Below the pieces are notes generated by a model, which had not been told where the DNA came from, ran no database searches, and was given only the letters and a program-made list of their open reading frames with translations. Below, piece after piece: positions 54,173 through 64,000 of a stretch of 64,000 nt of DNA. A program made the translations under genes and the position numbers. Origin of the DNA: a bacterium (GTDB lineage Bacteria > JACRDZ01 > JAQUKH01); assembly GCA_028719205.1 (NCBI GenBank), contig JAQUKH010000002.1:1-64000 (forward strand), in the 5' to 3' direction. The first letter of the stretch is position 1. The number at the start of each line of letters is the position of its first letter.

Positions 54173-54946
54173 ATGTCCGATAAAAAACTATTAACAGGCG
54201 AAGCAATGAAGCAGGCGGTTCAGGAGATGAACCGGCCCGAAAACAGGGAAATGAAATATAAGTATGTCCAGGGGATGTTTAATTCTATCGCCCCGAGTTA
54301 TGACCTGATGAATACAGTTGCCTCTTTTGGCATACATTATTTATGGCGGAATAAAGCGGTGAAAATGGCAGGAGTTAAACAGGGAAATACGGCGCTTGAT
54401 ATCTGCTGCGGAACAGGGGATTTTTCTATCGCGCTTGCCAAGGCTGTCGGAGCGAACGGCAAGGTTAACGGCCTGGATTTTTCCTCGGGGATGATAAAAA
54501 AAGCCAAAGAAAAAATTGTTGGGACTAAGTTTGAAAAGATCATTTCGTTTCAGGAAGGAAACGCCGAACAGCTTCCTTTCCCTGATAATACCTTTGATTT
54601 TTGCACAGTAAGCTGTGGAATAAGGAATCTTACGGATCTTTCCCGCGGATTTTCTGAAATGAGGCGTGTTGTTAAACCGGGGGGGAAGGTTTTATGCCTT
54701 GACCTTGGCCGTCCGGCAATTCCTATATTCAGGACGATCTACTTATTTTACTTTTTTAAGGTGGTTCCGTTCTTTGGCCAGATCATCAGCAATCAAAGGG
54801 AGGCATATACCTATTTGCCTGAATCACTTAATACGTTTCCCCCGCAGGAAGAGCTTAAAAAGCTCATGGAAAATGTAGGGCTGAAAAATGTCCGTTATAA
54901 AAATTTCTTTGGCGGCGCTATGGCCCTGCATATCGGAGCCAAGTAA
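54173..54946 (+). CDS. menG: Demethylmenaquinone methyltransferase (MenG/UbiE)
   Basis: MF.SIAP.YD.MN, LDICCGTGD, RVVKPGG, AY.YLP.S. Start ATG 54173. Confidence 0.92.
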   Translation: MSDKKLLTGEAMKQAVQEMNRPENREMKYKYVQGMFNSIAPSYDLMNTVASFGIHYLWRNKAVKMAGVKQGNTALDICCGTGDFSIALAKAVGANGKVNGLDFSSGMIKKAKEKIVGTKFEKIISFQEGNAEQLPFPDNTFDFCTVSCGIRNLTDLSRGFSEMRRVVKPGGKVLCLDLGRPAIPIFRTIYLFYFFKVVPFFGQIISNQREAYTYLPESLNTFPPQEELKKLMENVGLKNVRYKNFFGGAMALHIGAK

Positions 54947-54965
54947 ATCGATTTCCTGTTCACGA

Positions 54966-55790
54966 TCAGATATAGTCCTTTAGTTCTTTCTTTAAAAATT
55001 CAAAGGCCTCGTCTACATCATCAAAAAAATGAAAAAGTTTCAGGTCTTTTCTGCTGATAGTATTATATTTTATCATCTCTTCGAAATTTATAACTTTTTT
55101 CCAGTAATCCGTTCCGAATAATATCACCGGCAATTTCTTCTGTACCTTTCCGGTTTGTATCAGCGTAAGGATCTCTGTCATTTCATCTAAAGTCCCGAAT
55201 CCGCCCGGGAAAACTATTAATGCTTTAGCCATATAGGCAAACCAGAATTTGCGGATAAAAAAATAGTGGAATTCAAAGGATAACTCTTCAGTTATATATT
55301 TATTGATTACCTGCTCAAATGGGAGGCTTATATTAAAGCCTATTGATCTCCCGCCGGCTTCAGAGGCCCCTTGATTTACCGCCCCCATAATTCCTCCTCC
55401 TCCCCCTGTGCACATTAACAGCCGGCTTTTATTCTTTGTAGTTTGTTTAGCCCAATGGGTTAATTTGCAAGATAAAGAACGGGCCTTTTCATAATATTGG
55501 GACATATATTGATCTGTCTTAGCTGACCTAAGATTCACAAGCAATTTTTTGCCGGGATTTTTTTTCGCCTCGCAAAGTTTTTGTATTTTTAATAAATTTT
55601 TTTCAGCGATAGTTTTTGATTTGATCCGTGCTGAGCCAAAAAACACTATTGTGTTTTCCACATTATATTTGTGAAGCCTCGATTTGGGTTCAGTAAGTTC
55701 GCATAATACCCTTATGGTTCTGGCATCATGACTTCGTAAAAATTCCAGGTTTTGGTATGCTTTAACTGCAGGTTTTATCATTTTTTTCAC
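54966..55790 (-). CDS. LOG-family (lysine decarboxylase-like) protein
   Basis: FFGSAR, TGGG.GIM, LPFEQ, FHYFFIRK, PGGFGTLDE. Confidence 0.92.
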   Translation of the reverse strand: MKKMIKPAVKAYQNLEFLRSHDARTIRVLCELTEPKSRLHKYNVENTIVFFGSARIKSKTIAEKNLLKIQKLCEAKKNPGKKLLVNLRSAKTDQYMSQYYEKARSLSCKLTHWAKQTTKNKSRLLMCTGGGGGIMGAVNQGASEAGGRSIGFNISLPFEQVINKYITEELSFEFHYFFIRKFWFAYMAKALIVFPGGFGTLDEMTEILTLIQTGKVQKKLPVILFGTDYWKKVINFEEMIKYNTISRKDLKLFHFFDDVDEAFEFLKKELKDYI

Positions 55791-55897
55791 CTTTCTTTTT
55801 GAATTTATTTTCTTGCAATTTTACTGAAAATATCATATCATATATAACTATATCGTTTCCCCTATATATTAACTTTAGAATAGTGCAGGAAATTCAG

Positions 55898-58045
55898 ATG
55901 GGTATTTCTTCGATTTTGAATTCAAAACAGAGAGAAGCTGTAGAGTATTTAGAAGGCCCTCTTCTAATATTGGCGGGAGCCGGCAGCGGGAAGACGAGAA
56001 CTATAACTCACCGCATTGCCTATCTTATTGATGATGTCGGAATTCCTTCAAGTAAATTATTCGCCGCTACTTTTACAAATAAAGCGGCTGATGAAATGAA
56101 AGAACGGATCCACGGCCTAGTTAAAAATCAAAGCGATGGCCTATGGATCGGAACCTTTCATTCTACCTGCGTAAGGATCCTTCGGAATTACCTTAAAGAA
56201 AAAAATAAATCAAATTATTTTGCCATATACAGCGCGAGCGACCAGTTCCATTTGATCAGAGAATGCATGAAAGAATTGGTAATAGATGAAAAACGGTTTA
56301 ATCCGGCCACGTTCGTATCTAAAATATCTCAGTCTAAAAACAGGCTTATCGGAGCGGAAGAATATAATAAAAATGTCAGTGATTATCTGGAAGGAACGAT
56401 CGGCCGCGTTTATAAACTTTACCAGGAAAAGTTAAGAGAAAATAACGCCTTTGATTTTGATGACCTGATCATGGAGTCTGTCCTGCTTCTCGAAAATGAC
56501 CGCGCTGTCAGGGAATATTATCAGGAAAAATTTTCTCATGTTCTGGTGGATGAATATCAGGACACGAACAGGGCTCAATACCGCTTAATAATGCTTATAA
56601 CTCCAAAAGATAAAAATATATGCGTTGTCGGTGATGAGGATCAGTCCATTTATCAGTGGCGCGGCGCGGATATAAACAACATATTGGACTTTGAAAAAGA
56701 TTTTCAAAACGTGAAAATAATCCGGTTAGAGGAAAATTACCGGTCGACCCAGACTATTTTGAACGCGGCTAACGTGCTCGTAAAGAATAACCGTGAAAGA
56801 AAAGGGAAAAATCTCTGGACAAAAAATAAAAAGGGTGAAAAAATAAATTACTTTTTATTTGAAACGGAGCATAAGGAAGCCGAATTTATCGTTCAAAAAG
56901 TAATTGAATTCCATAAAGAACATAAAATTCCATATTCGCATTTTTCTGTTTTTTACAGGACTCATGTCCAATCCCGCGTTATAGAAGATATTTTGCGCCA
57001 AAACAATATTTTTTATACTATTGTCGGCGGGGTAAGATTTTATGAGCGTAAAGAGATAAAAGATATTGTAGCGTACCTCCGGGTAATATTTAATCCTCAT
57101 GAAACTATCAGCCTTAAAAGGATAATAAATGTCCCCCGGAGAGGAATAGGGGAAACTACAATTGAAGAGATTTATAATTTTTTAAAAGATAAAAAAATAA
57201 GTTTTTATGACGCGCTTAAAAGAAGCGGTGAGATCCCGAATATTTCGGGCCGTACTAGAGAAAAAATAAAAGAATTCATCTCTTTAATGGAAAAACTGCA
57301 GGCCTTAAAAAATGAATGTCCTTCAAGGATATTATCAGAGGTTTTAGGGGCAACTAAATACAAGGAAAAAGTTATTCAGACGGATACTGTTTACAGCGAA
57401 GAAAGAGAAGAGAGCCTGGAAGAATTTTCTTCAGCTATAAAACAATATGAGTTAAAAAATACGGATGTGTCTCTTGGCGGATTTTTGCAGGAAATTTCCC
57501 TGGTTGCGGATATTGATACGTGGAATAAAAATAAGGAGTCCGTAACTTTAATGACCTTTCATAACGCCAAGGGATTGGAGTTCCCTATAGTTTTTATGAC
57601 TGGTATGGAAGAGGGGATTTTCCCGCATTTTAGTTCTTTTGCGAGTGATAAAGAGATGGAGGAAGAAAGGCGCCTTTGTTATGTCGGAATAACCCGGGCC
57701 AGAGAATCGCTTTTTTTGACCGCGGTTAAAAGGCGGTATTTACACGGGACAGAGGTAATGAATCCTCCTTCCAGATTTATCAAAGAGATCCCCTGTGAGT
57801 TGATAAATTGCGAGACATGTTCCTCCGGCAATGAAAGCAGGATTATTCCTGAGGTCCGGATTATTTGCGGGTATAAGGCAGGGGATATTGTAGAGCATCT
57901 AAAATGGGGACAAGGATTTATCAAGGACATTAAAGGAGACGGCGACGACGCTAAGGCAAGTATATTTTTTCATAGTGTAGGCGAGAAAGTCTTGCTGTTG
58001 AAGCTTGCGCCTATAAAAAAAATAAAGGATAAAAATGAGTGTTGA
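55898..58045 (+). CDS. pcrA: ATP-dependent DNA helicase PcrA/UvrD
   Basis: AGAGSGKT, TFTNKAA, DEYQDTN, GDEDQSIY.WRGA, H.AKGLEF, EERRL.YVG.TRA. Start ATG 55898. Confidence 0.95.
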   Translation: MGISSILNSKQREAVEYLEGPLLILAGAGSGKTRTITHRIAYLIDDVGIPSSKLFAATFTNKAADEMKERIHGLVKNQSDGLWIGTFHSTCVRILRNYLKEKNKSNYFAIYSASDQFHLIRECMKELVIDEKRFNPATFVSKISQSKNRLIGAEEYNKNVSDYLEGTIGRVYKLYQEKLRENNAFDFDDLIMESVLLLENDRAVREYYQEKFSHVLVDEYQDTNRAQYRLIMLITPKDKNICVVGDEDQSIYQWRGADINNILDFEKDFQNVKIIRLEENYRSTQTILNAANVLVKNNRERKGKNLWTKNKKGEKINYFLFETEHKEAEFIVQKVIEFHKEHKIPYSHFSVFYRTHVQSRVIEDILRQNNIFYTIVGGVRFYERKEIKDIVAYLRVIFNPHETISLKRIINVPRRGIGETTIEEIYNFLKDKKISFYDALKRSGEIPNISGRTREKIKEFISLMEKLQALKNECPSRILSEVLGATKYKEKVIQTDTVYSEEREESLEEFSSAIKQYELKNTDVSLGGFLQEISLVADIDTWNKNKESVTLMTFHNAKGLEFPIVFMTGMEEGIFPHFSSFASDKEMEEERRLCYVGITRARESLFLTAVKRRYLHGTEVMNPPSRFIKEIPCELINCETCSSGNESRIIPEVRIICGYKAGDIVEHLKWGQGFIKDIKGDGDDAKASIFFHSVGEKVLLLKLAPIKKIKDKNEC

Positions 58046-58322
58046 TAAAGAAGTAATAAAAAAAATAGCGCGTCTGGCAAACCTCTATTATAAAGAAGAT
58101 GAATTAGATACATCGGCCAGGGAATTAAATCAGATCCTTACATATGTTGAAAAGCTGTCTAAGCTTGATACCGGCGGGATTAATCCCACCTTTCAGGTTT
58201 CTCCTATAGAAAATATTTACAGGGATGATATTGTCGGGAAATCGCTGGATTTAGAGCATGTTATGTCAAATGCTCCTGAAAAAGAAGGGAAATTTTTTAC
58301 AGTTCCAAAGATAATTGATTAA
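58035..58322 (+). CDS. gatC: Amidotransferase subunit C
   Basis: IARLA.L, NAP.....F.VPKI; directly before gatA. Confidence 0.93.
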   Translation: MSVDKEVIKKIARLANLYYKEDELDTSARELNQILTYVEKLSKLDTGGINPTFQVSPIENIYRDDIVGKSLDLEHVMSNAPEKEGKFFTVPKIID

Positions 58323-58337
58323 AAATAGAGGTTTTAA

Positions 58338-59798
58338 ATGAATATTCATTCGTTATCAGTTAAAGAGTTGAATAATAAGCTTAATAAAAAAGAGATATCC
58401 TGTAAAGAAATAGTAGAGAGTTTTTTAAGCAGGATTGAGAAGGTTGAGCCGAAGGTTAAGGCGTTTTTATATACTAATGGAGACAGGGCCCGCAAAAAAG
58501 CTGAAGAGGTTGATAAAAAAATTTCATCGGGCGCAAAATTAAAACCGCTTGAAGGGATACCGATCGCGATAAAAGATAATATGTGTACGGAAGGAATGCC
58601 TACTACGTGCGCCTCTAAAATTTTATCTGATTTTAAACCGCCATATTCAGCTGATGTTATAAACAGGATAGAAGCTACCGGGATGATAATCATCGGCAAG
58701 ACCAATATGGACGAGTTTGCTATGGGTTCTTCCACGGAAAATTCCGCTTATGGGGCTACGCGTAATCCATGGGATCCGGAGCGCGCGCCGGGCGGGTCGA
58801 GCGGAGGAAGCGCCGCCGCGGTAGCCGCAGATGAGGCTCCATTGGCCCTTGGTTCGGATACAGGAGGTTCTATACGCCAGCCTGCGTCATTTTGCGGGGT
58901 TGTTGGATTAAAGCCGACTTACGGCCGGGTTTCCCGTTATGGCTTAATTGCCTTTGCCTCATCTCTTGACCAGATCGGCCCGATCACGCGTGAGGTTTAT
59001 GACAGCGCGCTTTTGTTTCAGGCGATCGCTGGCCATGATCCAAAGGATTCAACCTCTGCTGGTTTGTCTGTTCCGGAAATAACGGATTTTCTTAAAAAAG
59101 ATATTAAAGGTTTGCGCTTAGGGATACCCCGTGAATATTTTAACCCTGAAATGGATAGTGAAGTTAAAAATAAAATTTCAGAGGCAATTAAAAAACTTAC
59201 TGACCTGGGGGCAGTCGTTAAAGAAATTTCTCTGCCTCATACGGAATACGCCGTTTCTGTTTATTACATTATTGCCACGGCCGAGGCGTCGGCCAACCTG
59301 GCGAGATATGACGGCGTTCGTTATGGTTCAAGGGCAAATAAGGCTGAAAATCTTTTTCAAATGTATAGCCTTACCCGGGGGGAAGGGTTCGGCACAGAGG
59401 TTAAACGCCGGATAATGTTAGGTACCTACGCGTTAAGCGCGGGCTATTACGACGCTTATTATCTCAAGGCTCAAAAGGTACGGACTTTGATTAAAAATGA
59501 TTTTGATGAAGCCTTTAAGGCCTGCGACGCGATCATTACACCGACCGCGCCTACACCGGCTTTTAAATTAGGAGAAAAGTCAACAAATCCTTTAGAAATG
59601 TATTTATCAGATATCTTTACGATTTCCGTGAATTTAGCAGGGATCCCCGGTATTTCTATCCCGTGCGGATTTAGCAAAGGTAATTTGCCGATCGGTTTAC
59701 AGATCTTGGGGCGTCCGTTTGATGAAGGTACGATCTTACAGATCGCGTATAATTTTGAACAGGCAACCGGGTATCATTTAAGGAAAACAAATATTTAG
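58338..59798 (+). CDS. gatA: Amidotransferase subunit A
   Basis: [34 protein letters not shown]. Confidence 0.97.
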   Translation: MNIHSLSVKELNNKLNKKEISCKEIVESFLSRIEKVEPKVKAFLYTNGDRARKKAEEVDKKISSGAKLKPLEGIPIAIKDNMCTEGMPTTCASKILSDFKPPYSADVINRIEATGMIIIGKTNMDEFAMGSSTENSAYGATRNPWDPERAPGGSSGGSAAAVAADEAPLALGSDTGGSIRQPASFCGVVGLKPTYGRVSRYGLIAFASSLDQIGPITREVYDSALLFQAIAGHDPKDSTSAGLSVPEITDFLKKDIKGLRLGIPREYFNPEMDSEVKNKISEAIKKLTDLGAVVKEISLPHTEYAVSVYYIIATAEASANLARYDGVRYGSRANKAENLFQMYSLTRGEGFGTEVKRRIMLGTYALSAGYYDAYYLKAQKVRTLIKNDFDEAFKACDAIITPTAPTPAFKLGEKSTNPLEMYLSDIFTISVNLAGIPGISIPCGFSKGNLPIGLQILGRPFDEGTILQIAYNFEQATGYHLRKTNI

Positions 59799-59831
59799 TT
59801 ACTTAACTTCACTTATTAGTTTATTAAATAA

Positions 59832-59858
59832 TAAATATTGTTAATATATTGCTGATGA
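59832..59858 (+). promoter_or_regulatory. Possible sigma28-type promoter
   Basis: TAAA-N15-GCTGATGA (6/8 match to GCCGATAA). Confidence 0.35.
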
Positions 59859-59900
59859 AATAATAAGCTTTTACAGGCTTATTCTTGAGAAAGGAGAACT

Positions 59901-60104
59901 ATGGGGATTTTATTTGATCTTAAGAAAAAGATAGATGATACTATAAATATAAACAATATGGATAAGTCTAAGATTAAAGGATTATTGGTTCTTAAAACTG
60001 GATTTTCACTTGCTCCAATTAAGGAAGACACACCAGATGACCCTGAAAAAATTGAAAAATTAAAAAAAGCGATTGCGGAAATTTTACATATTACCAATTT
60101 ATAA
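59901..60104 (+). CDS. Small hypothetical protein
   Basis: AGGAG RBS; 67 aa with KG....KTGF.L..I..DTPDDPEKI..L. Confidence 0.75.
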   Translation: MGILFDLKKKIDDTININNMDKSKIKGLLVLKTGFSLAPIKEDTPDDPEKIEKLKKAIAEILHITNL

Positions 60105-60115
60105 GGAGATAGTTG

Positions 60116-61267
60116 ATGACAATTAAATTAAAAACTGTTTTAGTTATTATCTCTAGTTTTTTTATCTTTGCGTTAATAATTCTTTATTTTTCAAATAGGA
60201 ATTACCAAAGAAATATTGAGTTTATTTCGAGTGAAGCTATTGATAATGCACGCATATCTTTTAAAAATCTCCAGGTTAATGATACAAAAATGCTTTCTTC
60301 AACATTAGAAGGGTTACTTGTAGATGATTCAATCAGGAATACATTTAGCAAGCGTGACCGCAAAAAACTACTTGAATTAACCAGCCCGTTATTCACAAAA
60401 CTACACGAAAAATATTCGATCACGCATTTTTACTTTATCGATCCTCCTCCAAGCAGTAAATGTTTCCTGAGGGTTCATACTCCGGAAATATTTGATGATG
60501 AAATAAAGAGAGCTACTTATATAAGTTCAATAAAATCAGGTACATTTGGATCCGGGCTTGAACTTGGCAAAACAGCATTCGCGCTTCGAGTAGTACATCC
60601 TGTTTATAACAGCGGGAAACTGATCGGGTATATGGAGCTGGGAGAAGAGATAGAACATTTTTTACAGACTATGAAATCTCAAACCAACGATGAATTTGGT
60701 TTTATTGTTGCAAAGGATAAAATAGACAAAAATGAGTATTTAACGATGCGAAAAAATAATAACCTTACTGACAACTGGGACGAGATGAAGGATGTTATTA
60801 TAACAGGAAAAACAATGAAAGATGACACCCTTCTAAATATTAATATAGATTTATCCGCAATACCGGATAAAGGTATGATCTTGGGAAATCTTAAACAAGG
60901 GAAAAATATGTTTATAAAAGGTTTATTCCCTGTTATTGATGCAAATTCAGAAAAAGTAGGGGCAATTTTTGTCTTACACGATATTTCTAATGATTACAAC
61001 ATGATGAAGAAAACACAAATAGCTATTATTATGATTGTGGTTATAATGAGTATCTTCATATCTGTATTACTAATAATATTACTCAATAATTTGATTTTTT
61101 CAAGATTGCATTCAATGAATGAAGCGGCAATAAGGGTTGTTGGTGGGGATTATGATTTCCCGATTAAAGTCCATAATGATGATGAGATTGGGGAGTTTGA
61201 GTCATTATTCGAGCAGTTTCGGGTAGTTTTTGTGGATACAATAAAACAAATAAGCAGCAAAAAGTAG
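60116..61267 (+). CDS. Membrane sensor with Cache-like and HAMP domains and no output domain
   Basis: TM, FLRVH.P...DD...R, GLELG....ALR.V.P, TM, HAMP (DDEIG.F...F), stop about 20 aa later. Confidence 0.85.
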   Translation: MTIKLKTVLVIISSFFIFALIILYFSNRNYQRNIEFISSEAIDNARISFKNLQVNDTKMLSSTLEGLLVDDSIRNTFSKRDRKKLLELTSPLFTKLHEKYSITHFYFIDPPPSSKCFLRVHTPEIFDDEIKRATYISSIKSGTFGSGLELGKTAFALRVVHPVYNSGKLIGYMELGEEIEHFLQTMKSQTNDEFGFIVAKDKIDKNEYLTMRKNNNLTDNWDEMKDVIITGKTMKDDTLLNINIDLSAIPDKGMILGNLKQGKNMFIKGLFPVIDANSEKVGAIFVLHDISNDYNMMKKTQIAIIMIVVIMSIFISVLLIILLNNLIFSRLHSMNEAAIRVVGGDYDFPIKVHNDDEIGEFESLFEQFRVVFVDTIKQISSKK

Positions 61268-61308
61268 ATTTTAGGGTCTGGAATACCTTTAAATTAGAGG
61301 AAATCTTT

Positions 61309-62745
61309 ATGGTTTATGAAACAGTAATCGGATTGGAAGTCCACGCGCAGCTATTAACAAACACAAAAATATTTTGTTCCTGTTCTGCAAAATTCGGGCA
61401 GACGGAAAACAGCCAGGTATGCCCGATTTGTCTTGGCATGCCCGGGGTTCTGCCGGTTTTGAATAAAAAGGTAGTTGAATTTTCAATAAAAACCGGACTG
61501 GCTTTGAATTGCAAGATCCAGCCGGTGATGCATTTTGACAGAAAAAATTATTTTTATCCGGACCTGCCTAAAGGGTATCAGATCTCTCAATTTGATTTTC
61601 CTCTGGCTAAAGCCGGTGTGATTGAACTTCGTTCAGGGAAAAAAATAGGGATTACGCGTGTCCATATGGAAGAGGACGCGGGAAAATTAGTGCATCCTGA
61701 AGCACTGGAAAACGCGGAGTTTAGCCTTGTTGATCTGAACCGTGCCGGTGTTCCGCTGATGGAAATTGTCAGCGAACCGGATATGCGGAGTCCTGCTGAG
61801 GCAAAGGAATATTTAGAACTTCTTCGAAATACATTGCGTTACATAGAAGTTTGTGATGGAAACATGGAAGAAGGAAGTTTCAGGTGTGACGCTAATGTTT
61901 CTATCAGGGAATACGGGAGTACGGTTTTAGGAACAAAGGTTGAACTGAAGAATATGAATTCTTTTAGAAATGTTGAGCTTGCTTTGGAATATGAAATAGA
62001 AAGGCAAAAAAAGGTTTTGTCTGAAGGCGGAAGAATAAACCAGGAAACAAGGTTGTGGAATGTTGATAAATGTATAACTATTTCTATGCGCAGTAAAGAA
62101 GAGTCTCATGATTACCGCTACTTTCCTGAACCGGATTTAGTTCCTTTTACGCCTGCAATGGATTGGATAAAAGAAATATCAATGACTTTGCCTGAGTTAC
62201 CGCTTATAAGAGAGAAGCGGTTTGTATCGCAATATAATATTCCGTTAAATGACGCTCAAACGTTTATTAATGAAAAAGAACTGGCTGATTATTTTGAAGA
62301 ATGCGTAAAATTATGTAACCAACCCAGGGTAGTAAGCAACTGGATATTAAATGAGCTTCTGGCCAAACTTAAAGAAAAAAATATCTCAATTAAGGAATGC
62401 CCCATTAAGCCGGTTAATTTTAAAGAAATGATAGAATTAATGGATAAAGGAGTAATTAGCGGAAAAATTGCAAAGACTGTATTTGGAGAAATGTTTCAAT
62501 CTAGCTCCAGTTCTGCCAGCGCAATAGTAGAAAGAATGGGTTTGACACAAATTGTTAACACTGACGAAATAGGCGCTATTGTAGATTCTGTAATTGCACA
62601 GCAGGCAGAGGTGGTCACATCTTATAAAAACGGCAAGGAAAAGGCCCTTGGCTTTTTAGTTGGCGAGGTAATGAAAATATCCAAAGGTAAAGCAAACCCC
62701 AAAATAGTAAATGAGTTATTATTAAAAAAATTAAAGGGCATTTAG
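61309..62745 (+). CDS. gatB: Amidotransferase subunit B
   Basis: GLEVHAQL, RKNYFYPDLPKGYQISQ, HMEEDAGK, DYRYFPEPDL. Confidence 0.97.
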   Translation: MVYETVIGLEVHAQLLTNTKIFCSCSAKFGQTENSQVCPICLGMPGVLPVLNKKVVEFSIKTGLALNCKIQPVMHFDRKNYFYPDLPKGYQISQFDFPLAKAGVIELRSGKKIGITRVHMEEDAGKLVHPEALENAEFSLVDLNRAGVPLMEIVSEPDMRSPAEAKEYLELLRNTLRYIEVCDGNMEEGSFRCDANVSIREYGSTVLGTKVELKNMNSFRNVELALEYEIERQKKVLSEGGRINQETRLWNVDKCITISMRSKEESHDYRYFPEPDLVPFTPAMDWIKEISMTLPELPLIREKRFVSQYNIPLNDAQTFINEKELADYFEECVKLCNQPRVVSNWILNELLAKLKEKNISIKECPIKPVNFKEMIELMDKGVISGKIAKTVFGEMFQSSSSSASAIVERMGLTQIVNTDEIGAIVDSVIAQQAEVVTSYKNGKEKALGFLVGEVMKISKGKANPKIVNELLLKKLKGI

Positions 62746-62784
62746 GCATCCTCTAAAGATTAGGATGGGCTAAGCTTAAGCAGA

Positions 62785-62805
62785 ACCTGCCCGAGGTAGG
62801 CAGGT
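62785..62805. repeat. CCTGCC/GGCAGG mini-palindrome, intergenic copy
   Basis: ACCTGCC-CGAGGTA-GGCAGGT. Confidence 0.6.
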
Positions 62806-62847
62806 CCGCGTAATCAGGTATGATTGATATTACAGCAGGAGTGTTCC

Positions 62848-64000
62848 ATGAAAATTCTTGTAGTAGATGATAATGAGATTATATTGAATGTAGTTTCAGA
62901 TGTTCTCAGAGCAGATGGATATTCGGTTGTTTCAGTTAATAACGCGCCTGAGGCATTGAAAAAATTAAAGCAGAAAGATTATGAACTTTTGATAACTGAT
63001 ATTAAGATGCCTTTTATGACTGGAATAGAAATAATTAAAAAACTGCCCCAGATTTCTCCGCACACAAAAGTAATTATTATAACAGGTTGTACGGAATTAG
63101 ATTTAGCCCAGGACGCTATCAGACAAGGAGTATATGAATATCTTTTAAAGCCTTTTAATAATGATACGCTGCGTTTAGCGGTTAAAAACGCGATTAAGAG
63201 AAAAAAAGAAGAAGAAGAAGCAGCCCGCTTAAAAGAATTATTTGGCCTCTTTCGGGTCAGCGAATTTATAACTTCAAGCTATACTTCAAAAAAACTTCTT
63301 GAATTAATTCTTTCTTATATTATTAAACAGCTTAATGCCAGTCAGGGTTCGATTATGCTTTTGAATCGAGAAACGGAGACTCTTTTTATAGCTGCCTCTG
63401 TAGGGTTAGATGAAGAAATTGTTAAAAATACTAATATAAAAGTAGGTGAAGGGATTGCAGGCCGTGTATTTAAGGACGGGATGCCCGTTCTTGTAACAAA
63501 TATAGAAGAACATCCTTTATTTTCTGAAATTGCCCGCGGTTATCCTGACAAATCTTTTGTAAGCTATGCCATTAAATCAAATGAAGAGATTATTTCTTTC
63601 CCCCTGGCTACAGCTAAAAAAGTGCTAGGTGTGATTAATGTCAGAAAAAAGACAGATAATACTTCTTTTACGCAGGCTGATATGGAATTGATTTCGATTC
63701 TTTCAACTCAGGCAGCCGTTGCCATTGAAAACAACCAGCTTTTAGATAATCTGAATAATGTTTATATAGAAATAATGCAGTTTATTGTCGCGCTAACTGA
63801 AGCCCGGGATGTTTATTTAAAAGGGCATACACAACGAGTTACTGAATGGTGTTTAAAATTAGGAGAGGAATTAAGGCTTGAAAAAGAGGAATTGGAAGTA
63901 TTAAGATATGCGGCGACATTGCATGATATAGGTAAATTGGCTGTTAACGAATTGATCCTTAATAAACCGGTTAAGTTTACGCCTGAAGAATATGAAATGA
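62848..64000 (+). CDS. REC-GAF-HD (probable HD-GYP) protein, truncated by the window end
   Basis: Manual translation from ATG 62848: MKILVVDDNE...ITDIKMP...KPF; GAF (GEGIAG.V, AVAIEN); RD.YLKGH..RV, LHDIGK. Confidence 0.9.
   Translation, partial: MKILVVDDNEIILNVVSDVLRADGYSVVSVNNAPEALKKLKQKDYELLITDIKMPFMTGIEIIKKLPQISPHTKVIIITGCTELDLAQDAIRQGVYEYLLKPFNNDTLRLAVKNAIKRKKEEEEAARLKELFGLFRVSEFITSSYTSKKLLELILSYIIKQLNASQGSIMLLNRETETLFIAASVGLDEEIVKNTNIKVGEGIAGRVFKDGMPVLVTNIEEHPLFSEIARGYPDKSFVSYAIKSNEEIISFPLATAKKVLGVINVRKKTDNTSFTQADMELISILSTQAAVAIENNQLLDNLNNVYIEIMQFIVALTEARDVYLKGHTQRVTEWCLKLGEELRLEKEELEVLRYAATLHDIGKLAVNELILNKPVKFTPEEYEM

Noticed and set aside
62690-62847. c-di-GMP riboswitch before the HD-domain gene
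   Set aside because: Lacks the GCAAA / GNRA / GACGCAAA arrangement of the class I aptamer.
1-64000. CRISPR array, tRNA, rRNA, transposase or integrase
   Set aside because: No repeat-spacer pattern, cloverleaf or catalytic motif seen by eye; covariance searches were not run.

Overview
AT-rich bacterial chromosome window, probably from an anaerobic diderm (multiheme cytochrome c, beta-barrel-like proteins, hydrogenase maturation genes). It is densely coding and I see no rRNA, tRNA, CRISPR array, transposase or integrase. There is a nickel theme: hypF, hypC, hypD and hypE, nikR, an ECF-type Ni/Co transporter (M-PDGLE, Q, O) with a putative outer-membrane channel, and larC. Housekeeping genes include trpB2, dinB, rpe, an addAB-like pair, rmuC, pcrA, menG/ubiE, gatCAB and lemA. 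Cyclic-di-GMP signalling is represented by three GGDEF and two HD-type proteins. Conserved operons are repeatedly interrupted: a radC / R-M / S / ORF6N cassette lies between hypF and hypC, a signalling cassette between the addA- and addB-like genes, and a two-gene small-protein / Cache-HAMP cassette between gatA and gatB. The most unusual sequence-level signals are: (1) a family of CCTGCC-loop-GGCAGG mini-palindromes, one inserted in frame in a gene and one nested inside two other palindromes; (2) a YezD/DUF2292 gene followed at once by two related RNA hairpins at the head of the Ni-uptake operon; (3) paired candidate operators for NikR, Rrf2 and an AAA/DUF4143 gene; (4) signalling proteins with no catalytic or output domain. 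All product calls come from motif recognition, not database searches.
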